From the NCBI GenBank assembly GCA_963837465.1, contig CAWINB010000004.1, positions 138,853-202,852 on the forward strand: a DNA stretch of 64,000 bases, written 5' to 3'. Position numbers and translations under genes: made by a program. Shown piece by piece: positions 44,629 through 54,767 of this stretch. This DNA comes from Candidatus Doudnabacteria bacterium (GTDB lineage: Bacteria > Patescibacteriota > Doudnabacteria > UBA920). The stretch's first letter is position 1, and each line of letters starts with the position of its first letter. The notes below the pieces were generated by a model that saw only the letters and a program-made list of their open reading frames with translations, did not search any database and was not told the origin of the DNA.

Positions 44629-45405
44629 TTAGCTTTTAATTTTTTCGGCCGGACAAAAATCCCAAATTAGGTTAAACCAGGTGCGGAAGGTATCGGCTAA
44701 TTGAGGATGCTTCATTACAAAAATAGTTACGTTCTCGCCGACGTTGCCAATATCCACGCTGGTAAAGGTAACTATGTAATCGCCGAACATATCGGTTACT
44801 CCGGGTGTGGGATATTTTTTTGGCAAAATTTTGTATTCGCCTCCGACATTCTTGATCGCTTCGGGGATGCGTTCTTTTACGCGGTAATCGTAAAGTGTAA
44901 AATATTTTTTGTTTTTACGCTTCATTGCGGCCTGAAAATCTTCCAGGTACTGTCTGTCTATGCTGGGCGTGAACCACAAAGCTTTGGCGCCTAAAAAATA
45001 AGTGTCTTCGGCCACACGAGTCATATCGCGCATATAATTTTTATAACCTTCCAGACCTTTATAAATGTAAGCCGCTTCTTGTAAAGGTGTGCTTTGGTAA
45101 AGTTTGTTTAAGTCCGGTAAAATTTGGAATAATTTTTTTTCCTTTTCTTCCAAAACCTCGGCAAGTTTGTTAGGCGTAACGGCCCTGAATTGGTTCTCCC
45201 CTTTTTGGAAAATCCGAAAAACCAATCCTTTTTCTATAAGCCGGTTTAAAGCATCATAAACATTCCGCCTATGCACATTGGCCTTAAGCGAAATATCCGA
45301 AACCCCGACTTCCCCGGCAGAAAGCAAAGTCTCATAAATCTTAGCCTCATTAGGACTAAGCCCAATTTCCTCAAAAACCTCTGTGTACATAAAGTTCGGT
45401 GTCAT
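44629..45405 (-). CDS. TrmB-family transcriptional regulator (paralog 4)
   Basis: 258 aa; NEAKIYETLLSAGEVGVSDIS winged helix plus TrmB-like C-terminal domain; true start may be the second Met. Confidence 0.75.
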   Translation of the reverse strand: MTPNFMYTEVFEEIGLSPNEAKIYETLLSAGEVGVSDISLKANVHRRNVYDALNRLIEKGLVFRIFQKGENQFRAVTPNKLAEVLEEKEKKLFQILPDLNKLYQSTPLQEAAYIYKGLEGYKNYMRDMTRVAEDTYFLGAKALWFTPSIDRQYLEDFQAAMKRKNKKYFTLYDYRVKERIPEAIKNVGGEYKILPKKYPTPGVTDMFGDYIVTFTSVDIGNVGENVTIFVMKHPQLADTFRTWFNLIWDFCPAEKIKS

Positions 45406-45620
45406 TGCGAGGAGGCCAGGGCTTTGGCTAACCGACGCGGCAATCTTTTTACACGATAAGATTGCTTCGGCTGCACTCGCAATGACTTATAATTAAGCCT
45501 GTTTTATATAATGGTGCTAACAATCACCCTATGGTGCTCTTGGCCACTCATAAAATATATCTTATGCTATTTGGTCACCATTGTCAAGCAAACGGCTTGG
45601 TAGGTGCGGGAGGAGGATGC

Positions 45621-46049
45621 ATGATTCTGAATTTTCGTATGGAGGTACCTGAGGGCCCGAGTTATGTAGATCCAGTTGAGTTACTAAATAAGACTGTCAG
45701 TAAACCGCTTAGTGAATTTGTCGCTAAATTTCAGTTAGGGAGTTTTAAAGATGTAGGCGAATGCCTCTTGTCAGATGACAAGACGGTCTGTGCTTTTTAC
45801 ATTCGAAGCTTCTATAGCTATATGAATTCAGTCATGTGCTACTTTGAAAAGGATGGGAGCGCAAGATTTGTCAGACTGACCACAGAGGGACACGCTAACA
45901 TATTGGCGGGGAGTTGGACTTTTGTAGTTTACATGATAATCCCATTCCTCCAAGAATTGGCGACCGCAAAACAAAAGATGAAAAAACAGAGCGATGTCTT
46001 GGAGATGGTTGCCGAGACTCTCAAGCAAGGAATGAGGGAGATTCTATGA
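45621..46049 (+). CDS. hypothetical protein
   Basis: start at ATG 45621 after RBS aggagg; 142 aa; stop overlaps the next start (ATGA). Confidence 0.4.
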   Translation: MILNFRMEVPEGPSYVDPVELLNKTVSKPLSEFVAKFQLGSFKDVGECLLSDDKTVCAFYIRSFYSYMNSVMCYFEKDGSARFVRLTTEGHANILAGSWTFVVYMIIPFLQELATAKQKMKKQSDVLEMVAETLKQGMREIL

Positions 46050-46840
46050 TTGCCAATTACTCTTTACAAGCGGTGGAAGCTCCACTCCGGAAGAAACAGC
46101 AAAGTGCACTTGTCCCAATCATAGACATCGTGCGCCATGGGGAGACGAAGCGAAAACAACATCGCTTAGGCGCCCTGCATAAAACGCTCGATGTTGGTGA
46201 TCACAATGCGGCTCTGGATGATGAAAACTTGGATTTGACCGATGAGGGTATAAGGACAATTCAGTTGTCCGCCGGCCAACTTCTGGGAAGGATCGCGAGG
46301 GATAAAGAAGTAATACTCATAGTCAGTTCTCGTTCGTGGCGGGCTCACAGTTCGGCTTTGGTTATAGAGGACATGCTTAGAAAAGCAGGCATAAGAATCC
46401 TTAACTTGCCTAGGCAATTCAAATTTTTCTGGGCTCTGAATGAGTTGCTGGCTCACGAAAAAAAGCTGGAGGCCATTCGTAACACCGGCGAGCTCATTCC
46501 GCTTGAGCAAACTTTTGCCATTGAAGCTTTGGGTTTTTACAGATTTCTTCGCCACATGAATAATATTTACAAGTGGTTAAAACCCGAAACGATGTTGATG
46601 CTAAAAGACAAGCGCTTGCGGATTATCTGTACAACTCATCAAGAAATCACTCTGAGAGTCATTGAAGATTGCTTCGGCTGGACGGCAGAGCCACAAGGTA
46701 AAGGGCAAATTTTAGAGATCGTCCCAACTTCACAACTCTGTTCCAATAGCAGTGTGGCTACAAGAGTAGAATTATTACCAAACAAGCAACGTCCCGTAAA
46801 ATGTGAAGCTAAGGTAATTTTAAGAAAATTTAGCCATTAA
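46046..46840 (+). CDS. histidine phosphatase superfamily protein (SixA/PGM-like)
   Basis: start MIANYSL coupled to the upstream stop; RHG catalytic motif in IVRHGETK; later SSRSWRAHSS segment at the position of the second conserved Arg/His. Confidence 0.55.
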   Translation: MIANYSLQAVEAPLRKKQQSALVPIIDIVRHGETKRKQHRLGALHKTLDVGDHNAALDDENLDLTDEGIRTIQLSAGQLLGRIARDKEVILIVSSRSWRAHSSALVIEDMLRKAGIRILNLPRQFKFFWALNELLAHEKKLEAIRNTGELIPLEQTFAIEALGFYRFLRHMNNIYKWLKPETMLMLKDKRLRIICTTHQEITLRVIEDCFGWTAEPQGKGQILEIVPTSQLCSNSSVATRVELLPNKQRPVKCEAKVILRKFSH

Positions 46841-46856
46841 GAATGGGGGAAACAAA

Positions 46857-47423
46857 GTGTCAATTTGGTTGAAGTATCTTGCGTTCTACTTAACTGGCGT
46901 GGCAATTGCTGTGGCCTCGCCTAAACCTCAACTCATTGAGTCCTTGGGAATTCTGGGGCCGGTAACGCTTACGGCGCTGTTCGCATCGTTGCTCGTGCCG
47001 TTTGCAGGACTTTCGGCGAACGAGCGAGTTCAGAAGTTCGCTCTACAATTTGCCATTGTGCCGCTGTTTGGGCTCTATACTGTTACATTGTGGTATACGG
47101 CGAACTTGGGCGGTATTGCGCTATTTGTATGCGCGGCGGGTGTCCATGTTTCTTACTGGACGACTAGCTACCATTCCCGGCAGTATCGGCTGGAACAGTG
47201 CCGGCTGGGCTTTGGACAAATGAAGGCGCTGCCATTACTTGTGGCACGCTTGAACGGCTCCGGCTTGGCGCATGTGGCAGACGAGGCTATCGTAGCGCCG
47301 CTGTTGACAGGACGGCCTCCGAATCTGAGTTTGGTGAAGAATATGTTGCCTAACTCGGGTAGGCTTGTGAAATTAGCCGAAGATGAGGTCTTACAAGTTT
47401 ACCAGCTTACGGCAGGCGTCTGA
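46857..47423 (+). CDS. membrane protein, hypothetical (GC-rich)
   Basis: 188 aa; 4 TM helices; local GC clearly above window average. Confidence 0.45.
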   Translation: MSIWLKYLAFYLTGVAIAVASPKPQLIESLGILGPVTLTALFASLLVPFAGLSANERVQKFALQFAIVPLFGLYTVTLWYTANLGGIALFVCAAGVHVSYWTTSYHSRQYRLEQCRLGFGQMKALPLLVARLNGSGLAHVADEAIVAPLLTGRPPNLSLVKNMLPNSGRLVKLAEDEVLQVYQLTAGV

Positions 47424-47475
47424 ACATTTAGATTCGGGGAAAAGGAGGAAAATTAACGACACGACAGAAACAATC

Positions 47476-47520
47476 AAAAAGGCGACGGATGGCCCATACT
47501 ACCGTCGCCTTTTACTTTTT
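47476..47520. terminator. bidirectional intrinsic terminator
   Basis: aaaaaggcgacgg-atggcccatacta-ccgtcgcctttt then T-run; between convergent genes. Confidence 0.7.
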
Positions 47521-47530
47521 ATATTTAGGA

Positions 47531-48685
47531 TCAAAAACTATCCTTAATACTCTCCCAAAACCCATGGTCAACTTCCACGGTTTCGCCGCGTTCTTCGGCT
47601 AGTTGTTTTAGGAGGCCTTTTTCTTTTTTGGAAAGTTTTTTGGGGATGACGACGCGGGCGGTTATTAGGAGGTCGCCGCGGGATTTGGGGTTGTTGATAT
47701 TGGGTACACCTTTGCCTGACGCGCGCAAAACCGTGCCGGATTGGGTGCCGGCAGGAATTTTTAATTCAATATCGCCGTCTAAAGTTTTTACAATCGGCTT
47801 GGCTCCCAATGCCGCCTGGGTAAAGCTAATAGGTAATTCCTTAAGAAGATTCATTCCGTCGCGCGTAAATTCCCTGTGCGCGCGGACTTTAACAGCCAGG
47901 TATAAATCGCCGGGCCTGGAGCCGCGGTAGCCAGCTTCGCCTTCGCCCGTAACGCGTATCCTTTGCCCGTCATCAATGCCGGCCGGAATTTTTACCATAA
48001 TGGTTTTTTCCTGTCTTAGTACGCCGGAGCCGTTGCAGGTATGGCAGGGACTTTCCGGAATTTTACCCATGCCGTTGCAGCGGTCGCAGGTGGTGGCCGA
48101 GGCGATGTTGCCAAAAATAGTCCGGCGCTGGGTGCGGATTTGCCCCTGGCCGTGGCACTTGGGGCAGGTCACTATTTTTGTCCCGGGTTCGGCGCCGGAG
48201 CCGGAGCAGGTTTTACAGACATCCTGTTTTTCCAGGGTCAGATTTTTTTCCACGCCAAATACGGCCTCCTCAAATTCTATAGTGATACCCATTTCCAAAT
48301 CCACGCCATGGTTAACACGCTGGCCCCGCTCCTGGCGGCCGCCAAAAATATCGCCAAAAATATCGCCCAAATCGAACTCCACGCCTTGGCCGAAATCGCC
48401 GCCAAAAGGATTGCCGCCAAAACCTGCGCCTGCCCCCGGAGCGCCCTGATAGCCGCCGCCGTTCCTGGCGGCTTGATCAAAGGTCTGGCCGTACTGGTCG
48501 TACTGCTGCCTTTTGGCGCTGTCGGACAGCACCTGGTAAGCTTCGTTGATTTCCTTGAATTTTTCCGCGTTGCCGCTGTCTTTATCCGGATGGTGTTCGT
48601 GGGCTTTTTTGCGGTAAGCCCGCTTGATTTCTTCGGCGGAAGCGGATTTGGAAATTCCTAAAATATCGTAGTAGTTGCTGGCCAT
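47531..48685 (-). CDS. dnaJ: molecular chaperone DnaJ
   Basis: 384 aa; J-domain HPD, G/F-rich region, four CxxCxGxG zinc-finger repeats. Confidence 0.95.
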   Translation of the reverse strand: MASNYYDILGISKSASAEEIKRAYRKKAHEHHPDKDSGNAEKFKEINEAYQVLSDSAKRQQYDQYGQTFDQAARNGGGYQGAPGAGAGFGGNPFGGDFGQGVEFDLGDIFGDIFGGRQERGQRVNHGVDLEMGITIEFEEAVFGVEKNLTLEKQDVCKTCSGSGAEPGTKIVTCPKCHGQGQIRTQRRTIFGNIASATTCDRCNGMGKIPESPCHTCNGSGVLRQEKTIMVKIPAGIDDGQRIRVTGEGEAGYRGSRPGDLYLAVKVRAHREFTRDGMNLLKELPISFTQAALGAKPIVKTLDGDIELKIPAGTQSGTVLRASGKGVPNINNPKSRGDLLITARVVIPKKLSKKEKGLLKQLAEERGETVEVDHGFWESIKDSF

Positions 48686-48759
48686 AATAGTAGCGTTTAG
48701 TGATTAGCGTATAGGGTTTAGTACTAGACGCTAATCACTAAACGCTAAACGTTTATCTT

Positions 48760-49059
48760 TTATTCCATCTTAAACCCAATTTTCTGGTCCGATACTATGG
48801 CCAGGCTTATGGTGCCGAACTCATCCTCGTATTTATTAAGGTTGTCTTCCATGGCTTTGGTCAGGCGCTTGAAGTGTGACGGGGAAACAATCACCCGCGC
48901 GGCAACGGTGCCTCCGGGCGGAAACAAATTCATAAAATCCAAAACAAATTCTTCGGCCGTGTGGCCGACCTGAGCCATATTGGCGTAAACCCCTTTTAGG
49001 GTTTCGTCGGAAATTTTTACCTGCATTGGCTGCTGCGGCTGATTGTTTTGAGGGTTCAT
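48760..49059 (-). CDS. DUF3467-family protein
   Basis: start at internal Met MNPQNNQ; ~100 aa. Confidence 0.5.
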   Translation of the reverse strand: MNPQNNQPQQPMQVKISDETLKGVYANMAQVGHTAEEFVLDFMNLFPPGGTVAARVIVSPSHFKRLTKAMEDNLNKYEDEFGTISLAIVSDQKIGFKME

Positions 49060-49073
49060 AAAATATGTTCTGA

Positions 49074-49811
49074 TTAATATTTTAATTTTAAATTTTGGAT
49101 TTGGCTCTGTTCGGCCGGACAAAAATCCTGGGGTACGCTCTGTCCAACCGCTTCAAATGGCTGACCGTTTACTCCCACCGTACTGTCCATAACGCAACTT
49201 GGGTCGGTGTCGGCGCTTAAGCCGATTTGCTTTCCAAACCCCCGCAACATCCCGGCAAGCAGATAATTATCCGAATACTGGGGATAGTTTTGCGTAAATT
49301 GCTGGTTGGCGTTTAGAGACAGGACGATAGTTGATTCTTCGTAAGTGGTAAACTGTTCCTGCTGGGCCCTTGGTTGATAGTCGTCGGCGAATACCAGGTA
49401 CAAAACGCTGTCCCCCGAAGGTTTTTGCAGGCTCCTGAACACCAAATTGTTTAAGTCTTGAAGCTGAACAGTGCCGGTGGATACGGCTCCTCCAAAAAAA
49501 ACCTGGGTCTGCCTGCCGGTATATTTGCCGACTAAGTCGGCGAAACTTTGTATGGTAGTGGTGTCTACGTTATCGGTTTGCGGCTCCAGCCATTCAATAA
49601 CCAGAGGGCTTGGATTGCCCAGGTATTCGCCGCGCGCGTCGCCGGTGTTATGCAGGCCTATGATGGTGCGCAAGAAAGGGTGCTGCCCTAAATCGTAGCG
49701 GGTGGTTTGGTTAAAGCCGCTGTCCGGGTCCCCCGCAGCCTCGTATTTTAAGTACAAAAAAGTACCCAAAAGCAGAATTATGATTATAAAAAACAGGCTT
49801 TTAAAAGACAT
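49074..49811 (-). CDS. secreted/anchored hypothetical protein
   Basis: 245 aa with N-terminal signal-anchor (FFIIIILLLGTFLYL); no recognised domain. Confidence 0.5.
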   Translation of the reverse strand: MSFKSLFFIIIILLLGTFLYLKYEAAGDPDSGFNQTTRYDLGQHPFLRTIIGLHNTGDARGEYLGNPSPLVIEWLEPQTDNVDTTTIQSFADLVGKYTGRQTQVFFGGAVSTGTVQLQDLNNLVFRSLQKPSGDSVLYLVFADDYQPRAQQEQFTTYEESTIVLSLNANQQFTQNYPQYSDNYLLAGMLRGFGKQIGLSADTDPSCVMDSTVGVNGQPFEAVGQSVPQDFCPAEQSQIQNLKLKY

Positions 49812-49873
49812 AAATACTAATGAGCAAAAATGACAAAATTGACATAAATGAACAAAAATAATCGCACTTTAGT

Positions 49874-51770
49874 TTACGTCGTTTTATCGCTATCCTTTAC
49901 TTCCTTGAATTCCGCGTCTACCGGTCCTTGGTTGCCGGGATTTGGCCCGCTTGCTTGATTTTGGTCCGCTCCGACATTCTGATTACTCTGATTCTCCGAT
50001 TTCCCGGATTCATACATCGCGGCCCCCACTTTTTGCACGGCTTCGCTTAAAGCGTCCAAAGCTTTTTTTATGCCGTCCAAATCGTCTTTATCTTTTACAT
50101 CTTTAAGCGCCTTAATTTTTTCCTCAAGCGCGGTTTTGTCTTCGGGCTTGGCTTTGCCTTCGGCGTCTTTTAAAGTTTTTTCGGAAACGGAAATTAAAGT
50201 ATCGGCCTGGTTTCTCGTATCCACGGTTTCTTTGCGCTTGCGGTCTTCTTCGGCGTGGGTTTCCGCTTCTTTTTTCATGCGTTCCACATCTTCCTTGGAC
50301 AAATTGGAAGAGCCCTGAATGGTAATTTTTTGCTCCTTGCCGCTGGCTTTGTCTTTGGCTTTAACTGTTAAAATGCCGTTGGCGTCTATATCAAACGTCA
50401 CTTCCACCTGCGGCACGCCCCTGGGAGCCGGCGGCAGGCCGTCCAGAATAAAGTTGCCCAAAGATTTATTGTCTTTGGCGAATTCGCGCTCGCCCTGCAG
50501 CACGTGGATTTCCACCGAGGTTTGGTTGTCTCCGGCCGTGGAAAAGACCTGGCTTTTGGAGGCCGGTATGGTGGTGTTCCTGTCTATTAAAGGTGTCCTT
50601 ACGCCGCCCAAAGTTTCCAGGCCTAAAGTCAAAGGCGTAACGTCCAAAAGCAAAATTTCCTTGCCGCCGGCTTCGCCGCTTAACACGCCGGCCTGCACGG
50701 CCGCGCCTTTGGCCACGGCCTCCATCGGGTCAATGCCGCCTTCCACCTGTTTGCCAATGTAGGTTTCCACGAACTGTTTTACGGCCGGCATACGGGTTGG
50801 GCCGCCGATTAAAATAATTTTGTTGATGTCCCGCGGAGTCAGCTTGGCGTCATTAAGCGCCTGCTCCACTGGTTTTCTCATCCGTTCCACAATCGGCTTA
50901 ACCAGTTCTTCCAGCTTGGAGCGGGTAATTTTTATCTGCAGAATGCTTTGGTCCGCTGGCATCGGCGGTAATAAACGGCAGATTGATGTCGGTTTCCATT
51001 GTCGTGGACAGTTCTATCTTGGCTTTTTCCGCGGCTTCGCGCACGCGGTTCATGGCCATTTTGTCGGAGGAGATGTCCACCCCGCTGCTGGCTTTAAAAT
51101 CGCCCACAATGTAATTAATCAAAGCCGTGTCCATGTCTTTTCCGCCCAAAGCCGTATCGCCGGAAGTGGATTTGACTTCAAAGGTGGCCTGGTTGTCCAC
51201 TTCGGAAAAATCCATAATGGTTACGTCCAAAGTTCCGCCGCCCAAATCAAACACCAGGATTTTTTGGTCTTTGGACGAAGACTTGTCCAGGCCGTAGGCA
51301 AAGGCCGCGGCCGTGGGTTCGTTAATGACGCGCACCACTTCCAAACCCGCTATCTCGCCGGCGTTTTTGGTGGCCTGTCTTTGTGAGTCGTCAAAATAAG
51401 CCGGGACTGTAATAACCGCTTTTGAAACCGGGCCGCCCAAAAATGTTTCCGCGTCCTTTTTGATTTTTTGGAGGATGAAAGCGGAAATCTGTTCAGGCGA
51501 ATACTCCTTGCCATTGATGTTATAGCGGAAATTCGTGCCCATCTTTCTTTTTGCTTCAAAAATAGTGCCTTCCGGATTGGTTACTGCCTGTCTTCTGGCA
51601 GGCTCGCCAACCAAAAGCTGACCTTCCTTGGTAAAAGCCACATAAGACGGAAAAGCCTTCCCGCCCAAACTCGCGCCCTCCGCCGCCGGAATAATAGTCG
51701 CCTTCCCGCCCTCCATAACCGCCGCGGCGCTGTTAGATGTCCCTAAATCTATCCCTATAATTTTTGCCAT
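49874..51770 (-). CDS. dnaK: molecular chaperone DnaK (Hsp70), reading frame interrupted by a 1-nt insertion near 50942
   Basis: N-terminal ORF 50898-51770 ([14 protein letters not shown]...) and C-terminal ORF 49874-50962 (...[13 protein letters not shown]...) are contiguous DnaK in two frames; joining requires deleting one base in ggaccaaagcaTtctgcag. Confidence 0.85.
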
Positions 51771-51852
51771 AAATGTTCTCCTTGTTCCCCGTAGTACTCC
51801 TCTCCCTTGAAGGGAGAGGTTAGGTGAGGGTGCTTTGAATTAATCTTACGAT

Positions 51853-52353
51853 TTAAACACTTTTTTTAAAAACCGGTGAAGCCCAAGCATAATCAACAAA
51901 TAACACTGCGCTAATGTTTGGATTAATAGTTTTTAACTCTTGGCTGATTTTTTGGTAATTCTTCAATCGGTACCTATTCCTAAAAGCAACAAATTCTTGG
52001 CCGTCGGCTGTCACAGCAAGTCCGTAGCTATTACTTGATGCAGACTCGGGCTGGTATTGCCGCATGCTTTGCGCGCTATTAATATTCAGAGCCCATACTT
52101 TTTTAAAATTTTGGTAAAATGATAATTCCGATCCATTCAATTCCAAGTATGAAGCGTGGGCTACGGTTAAATAAACTGGTAAATAAATTAACAATGCTAA
52201 TATAATTAAAACCCAAATTGGGATAGTCGAGAGCAAATTAAGACTGTCAGCCGCTAAAAATAAGATGCCAAATACAATTAAAGCTGTAGCGTGGATGCCT
52301 CCGATACTTGCAGGATATTGTCCGCCAGATCTTTTAAAGAAAAATTTTTGCAT
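51853..52353 (-). CDS. membrane protein, hypothetical
   Basis: 166 aa, two TM helices; 4 nt from the upstream gene; RBS aaggag. Confidence 0.45.
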   Translation of the reverse strand: MQKFFFKRSGGQYPASIGGIHATALIVFGILFLAADSLNLLSTIPIWVLIILALLIYLPVYLTVAHASYLELNGSELSFYQNFKKVWALNINSAQSMRQYQPESASSNSYGLAVTADGQEFVAFRNRYRLKNYQKISQELKTINPNISAVLFVDYAWASPVFKKSV

Positions 52354-52357
52354 GGTA

Positions 52358-53194
52358 TTAATTTAATTTTTTAATTTCCCTCCTCGGTAAAAAATTCTGT
52401 CCGCTTACGACTTTTTTCCCGGTCTGTTGTTCTAAGGCTTTGCGGGCATTGCCGGAAATGCGGCCGCCTTTTTGGGCGGCGATGGCGTTTGGTGTGTAGC
52501 CTTTGGCTTGGTCGGTTTGGGCAATTTGCCTTGTGGAGAGTTCGGCGAGCGATGTAAATATCAGTTCCGCGTCTGTCATGTTGTCCCGCAGGTTGTGCTG
52601 TTTTAAACCTTTTAGTTTTTTATGCTGGCCGGTGGTCAGGCCGCTCCACTCCATATGGATTATGTCCGTCAGGCTGGCGTATTCCTGTCCTTCTTTTACC
52701 CCGGCTTCGCTCCAATAGTCCGTCAGCTTGTTTCTTATTTCCTGACCGCGCATCCGCATCTCAATCCACTTAGCCGATCTTCCCGCAGCGAGCCAGTGTT
52801 TGCGCGCGCGGTTTACGGCCAATTCGGGATTCACGGTTTCCTGTATTCGCTCGTAACCAACTTTAGCCAGCCATGTTTTAAAAGGTTCGGCTTTGGGGGA
52901 TGGAATGCTTTGAATAATTCGTAAAACGGACTCGGTATCCCCCATGTCCGTTGGTCGTTTTTTGCCGTCTTCGGCTATAATTTTCAACTGTACGATTTTT
53001 TCGTACAGTTCACTTCCCTCTTGCTTAAGCTTAATTTTAAGATCAGACCAATATCTTCTGGGAATAGAACTGTCTGTTAAAATCGCGACAATGTCAACTA
53101 CGCTAAAAAACCACTTTTCTTGTTTTCCATCCCAAACCCGCCGTACCGGCGCGTCTTGAAAATTTATTATGGATTTTGGGTCTTGGTTTGGCAT
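52358..53194 (-). CDS. DinD-like / Bro-N domain protein (DNA-damage-inducible protein D family)
   Basis: 278 aa; N-terminal INFQDAPVRRVWDGKQEKWFFSVVDIVAIL resembles the Bro-N fold; central KAEPFKTWLAKVGYERIQETVNPELAVNRA and C-terminal region resemble DinD. Confidence 0.5.
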   Translation of the reverse strand: MPNQDPKSIINFQDAPVRRVWDGKQEKWFFSVVDIVAILTDSSIPRRYWSDLKIKLKQEGSELYEKIVQLKIIAEDGKKRPTDMGDTESVLRIIQSIPSPKAEPFKTWLAKVGYERIQETVNPELAVNRARKHWLAAGRSAKWIEMRMRGQEIRNKLTDYWSEAGVKEGQEYASLTDIIHMEWSGLTTGQHKKLKGLKQHNLRDNMTDAELIFTSLAELSTRQIAQTDQAKGYTPNAIAAQKGGRISGNARKALEQQTGKKVVSGQNFLPRREIKKLN

Positions 53195-53347
53195 AAATCT
53201 ATTTTTCTGGATCCCGGATATTTTTACAGCCCTTCCGCCTTCGCTAAAGCTACGGCGGATGCGCCGGAAAATTCCGGGATGGGAGTTGTGCCGTAGTTTA
53301 CCGATAAATCCAGCTTCACCAAAGTTTCGTCTGACACGGTCGGCGCG

Positions 53348-53884
53348 CTAGACTTGGGATTTTTTGCTGATAACCACCTGGCTTGGCCGGATAACTTTCC
53401 CATTTAACTCAAATCCTGTTTGCATTTCATCAACAATAATTCCATTATCTTTATCCGATTCAGCTTCCCGCACGGCTTCATGGAAGTGGGGGTTGAATTT
53501 TTGGCCAAGGGCGCTGATTTTTTTTACGCCCAGTTCCTCCAGAGCTTTGTCCAGCTGCATGACAATTCCGTTCACGCCATTTTGCCAGTTTTTATATTTA
53601 TCAAAAAATTCCGGTTGGGTCGTTTTTAATTCGTCATTAGCCGGCGGTTGATGTTTTAGCGCCTGCTCCAAACTATCCAGCGTCGGCAGCAGCTTTGCCA
53701 CCGTGACTTCGCGCGCAAAGTCCACCAGTTCCTTATTTTCCCCTTCCTTGCGGCGTTTGTAATTTTCAAAATCCGCGGCGGTTCTTTTCCAGCCGTCCAG
53801 GTTTGTCTGCGCCTGGACTATGGCTTCCTCAAGTTCTTTTTGCAGCTGGTCTATGTTAGTTACGTTGCGCTGGTCGTCATCCAT
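53348..53884 (-). CDS. grpE: nucleotide exchange factor GrpE
   Basis: 178 aa; coiled-coil N-terminus with ADFENYKRR and C-terminal beta domain. Confidence 0.9.
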   Translation of the reverse strand: MDDDQRNVTNIDQLQKELEEAIVQAQTNLDGWKRTAADFENYKRRKEGENKELVDFAREVTVAKLLPTLDSLEQALKHQPPANDELKTTQPEFFDKYKNWQNGVNGIVMQLDKALEELGVKKISALGQKFNPHFHEAVREAESDKDNGIIVDEMQTGFELNGKVIRPSQVVISKKSQV

Positions 53885-53887
53885 AAA

Positions 53888-54649
53888 TTATTTAATCAAG
53901 TGCACCATTAAAATTAAAGCGCCGCCGCCCAAGAGTTTGGCAATATACTCCATCAGGCTGAGGTTTTTTTCGTACTTCATGCTCTTGGGGCCAATTAGGC
54001 CGATAACGCCTTTCTTGCCGGAAGGAAGCCGCAGGCCTGAGACTATCATGGAGTAATCCGATTTTTTACTGAGCTGGATTTCCTTGCCTATCATGGTCGC
54101 GGTGCCGCCGCCGGCATAGTCGCCGATCATTTTTTCCGCGTACTGGTCTATGTTGTCAAAAAACTGGGCAATCTCTTTGGCGTCTTCGGCAGGCAGGGCG
54201 GGATTGGAAAGCAGATTGGAAATGCCGACCGTGGAGACTTCTTCGGGAAACAGGGCGAACGACGCCTGCTGGGAATGTTCGGACAGCAGTTTGGCCAGCC
54301 GGCGGCTGACTTCGGCGTTGGCCAGCTGCAGCTTCATCAGTTCGGTTTTCAGCCTGTCCTGTTCTTTTAAAGTTAGCTTAACCCGGTCCATTAACTGATT
54401 TACAAAATAGCGGAAACCTTTGTCCGTGGGCACGCGTCCGGATGAAGTATGTGGTTGCTGGATATAGCCCATTTTTTCCAGAGCCTGCATTTCGTTCCGG
54501 ATGGTCGGGCTGGAAATATTAAAACTGTATTTCCCGGCCAAATCCCCGCTGGCCACAGGCTGGCCGTTTTCGCAATTTTCCTTAACGATAGCCGCTAAAA
54601 TCTTAGCCTGTCTGGATGTAATTTGAGCTTCCTGGTCGTTCATAAGCAA
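53888..54649 (-). CDS. hrcA: heat-inducible transcription repressor HrcA (short form)
   Basis: 253 aa; N-terminal wHTH (LTSRQAKILAAIVKENCENGQPVASGDLA); position at the head of the grpE-dnaK operon with a CIRCE element upstream. Confidence 0.85.
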   Translation of the reverse strand: MLMNDQEAQITSRQAKILAAIVKENCENGQPVASGDLAGKYSFNISSPTIRNEMQALEKMGYIQQPHTSSGRVPTDKGFRYFVNQLMDRVKLTLKEQDRLKTELMKLQLANAEVSRRLAKLLSEHSQQASFALFPEEVSTVGISNLLSNPALPAEDAKEIAQFFDNIDQYAEKMIGDYAGGGTATMIGKEIQLSKKSDYSMIVSGLRLPSGKKGVIGLIGPKSMKYEKNLSLMEYIAKLLGGGALILMVHLIK

Positions 54650-54691
54650 AAGGCACTTTTATTAAACAAGCTCTTAGGCAACCTTAAATTT

Positions 54692-54727
54692 ATGATACTA
54701 TTATCACTCAGGCGTGTCAAGTGATAA
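54692..54727 (-). promoter_or_regulatory. CIRCE-like operator (TTATCACTC-N9-AAGTGATAA) overlapping a TTGACA-17-TATCAT promoter for hrcA
   Basis: inverted repeat 54701-54709 / 54719-54727 with a 9 nt spacer; minus-strand -35 TTGACA (54715-54720) and -10 TATCAT (54692-54697). Confidence 0.75.
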
Positions 54728-54767
54728 TTAAATCAAATTAGAACCTGTTTTTTATGGTGGTTTAGTT

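Noticed and set aside
47976-48661. Plus-strand ORFs (157, 206 aa) inside dnaJ
   Set aside because: Antisense shadow ORFs of the Gly-rich and Cys-repeat region of dnaJ
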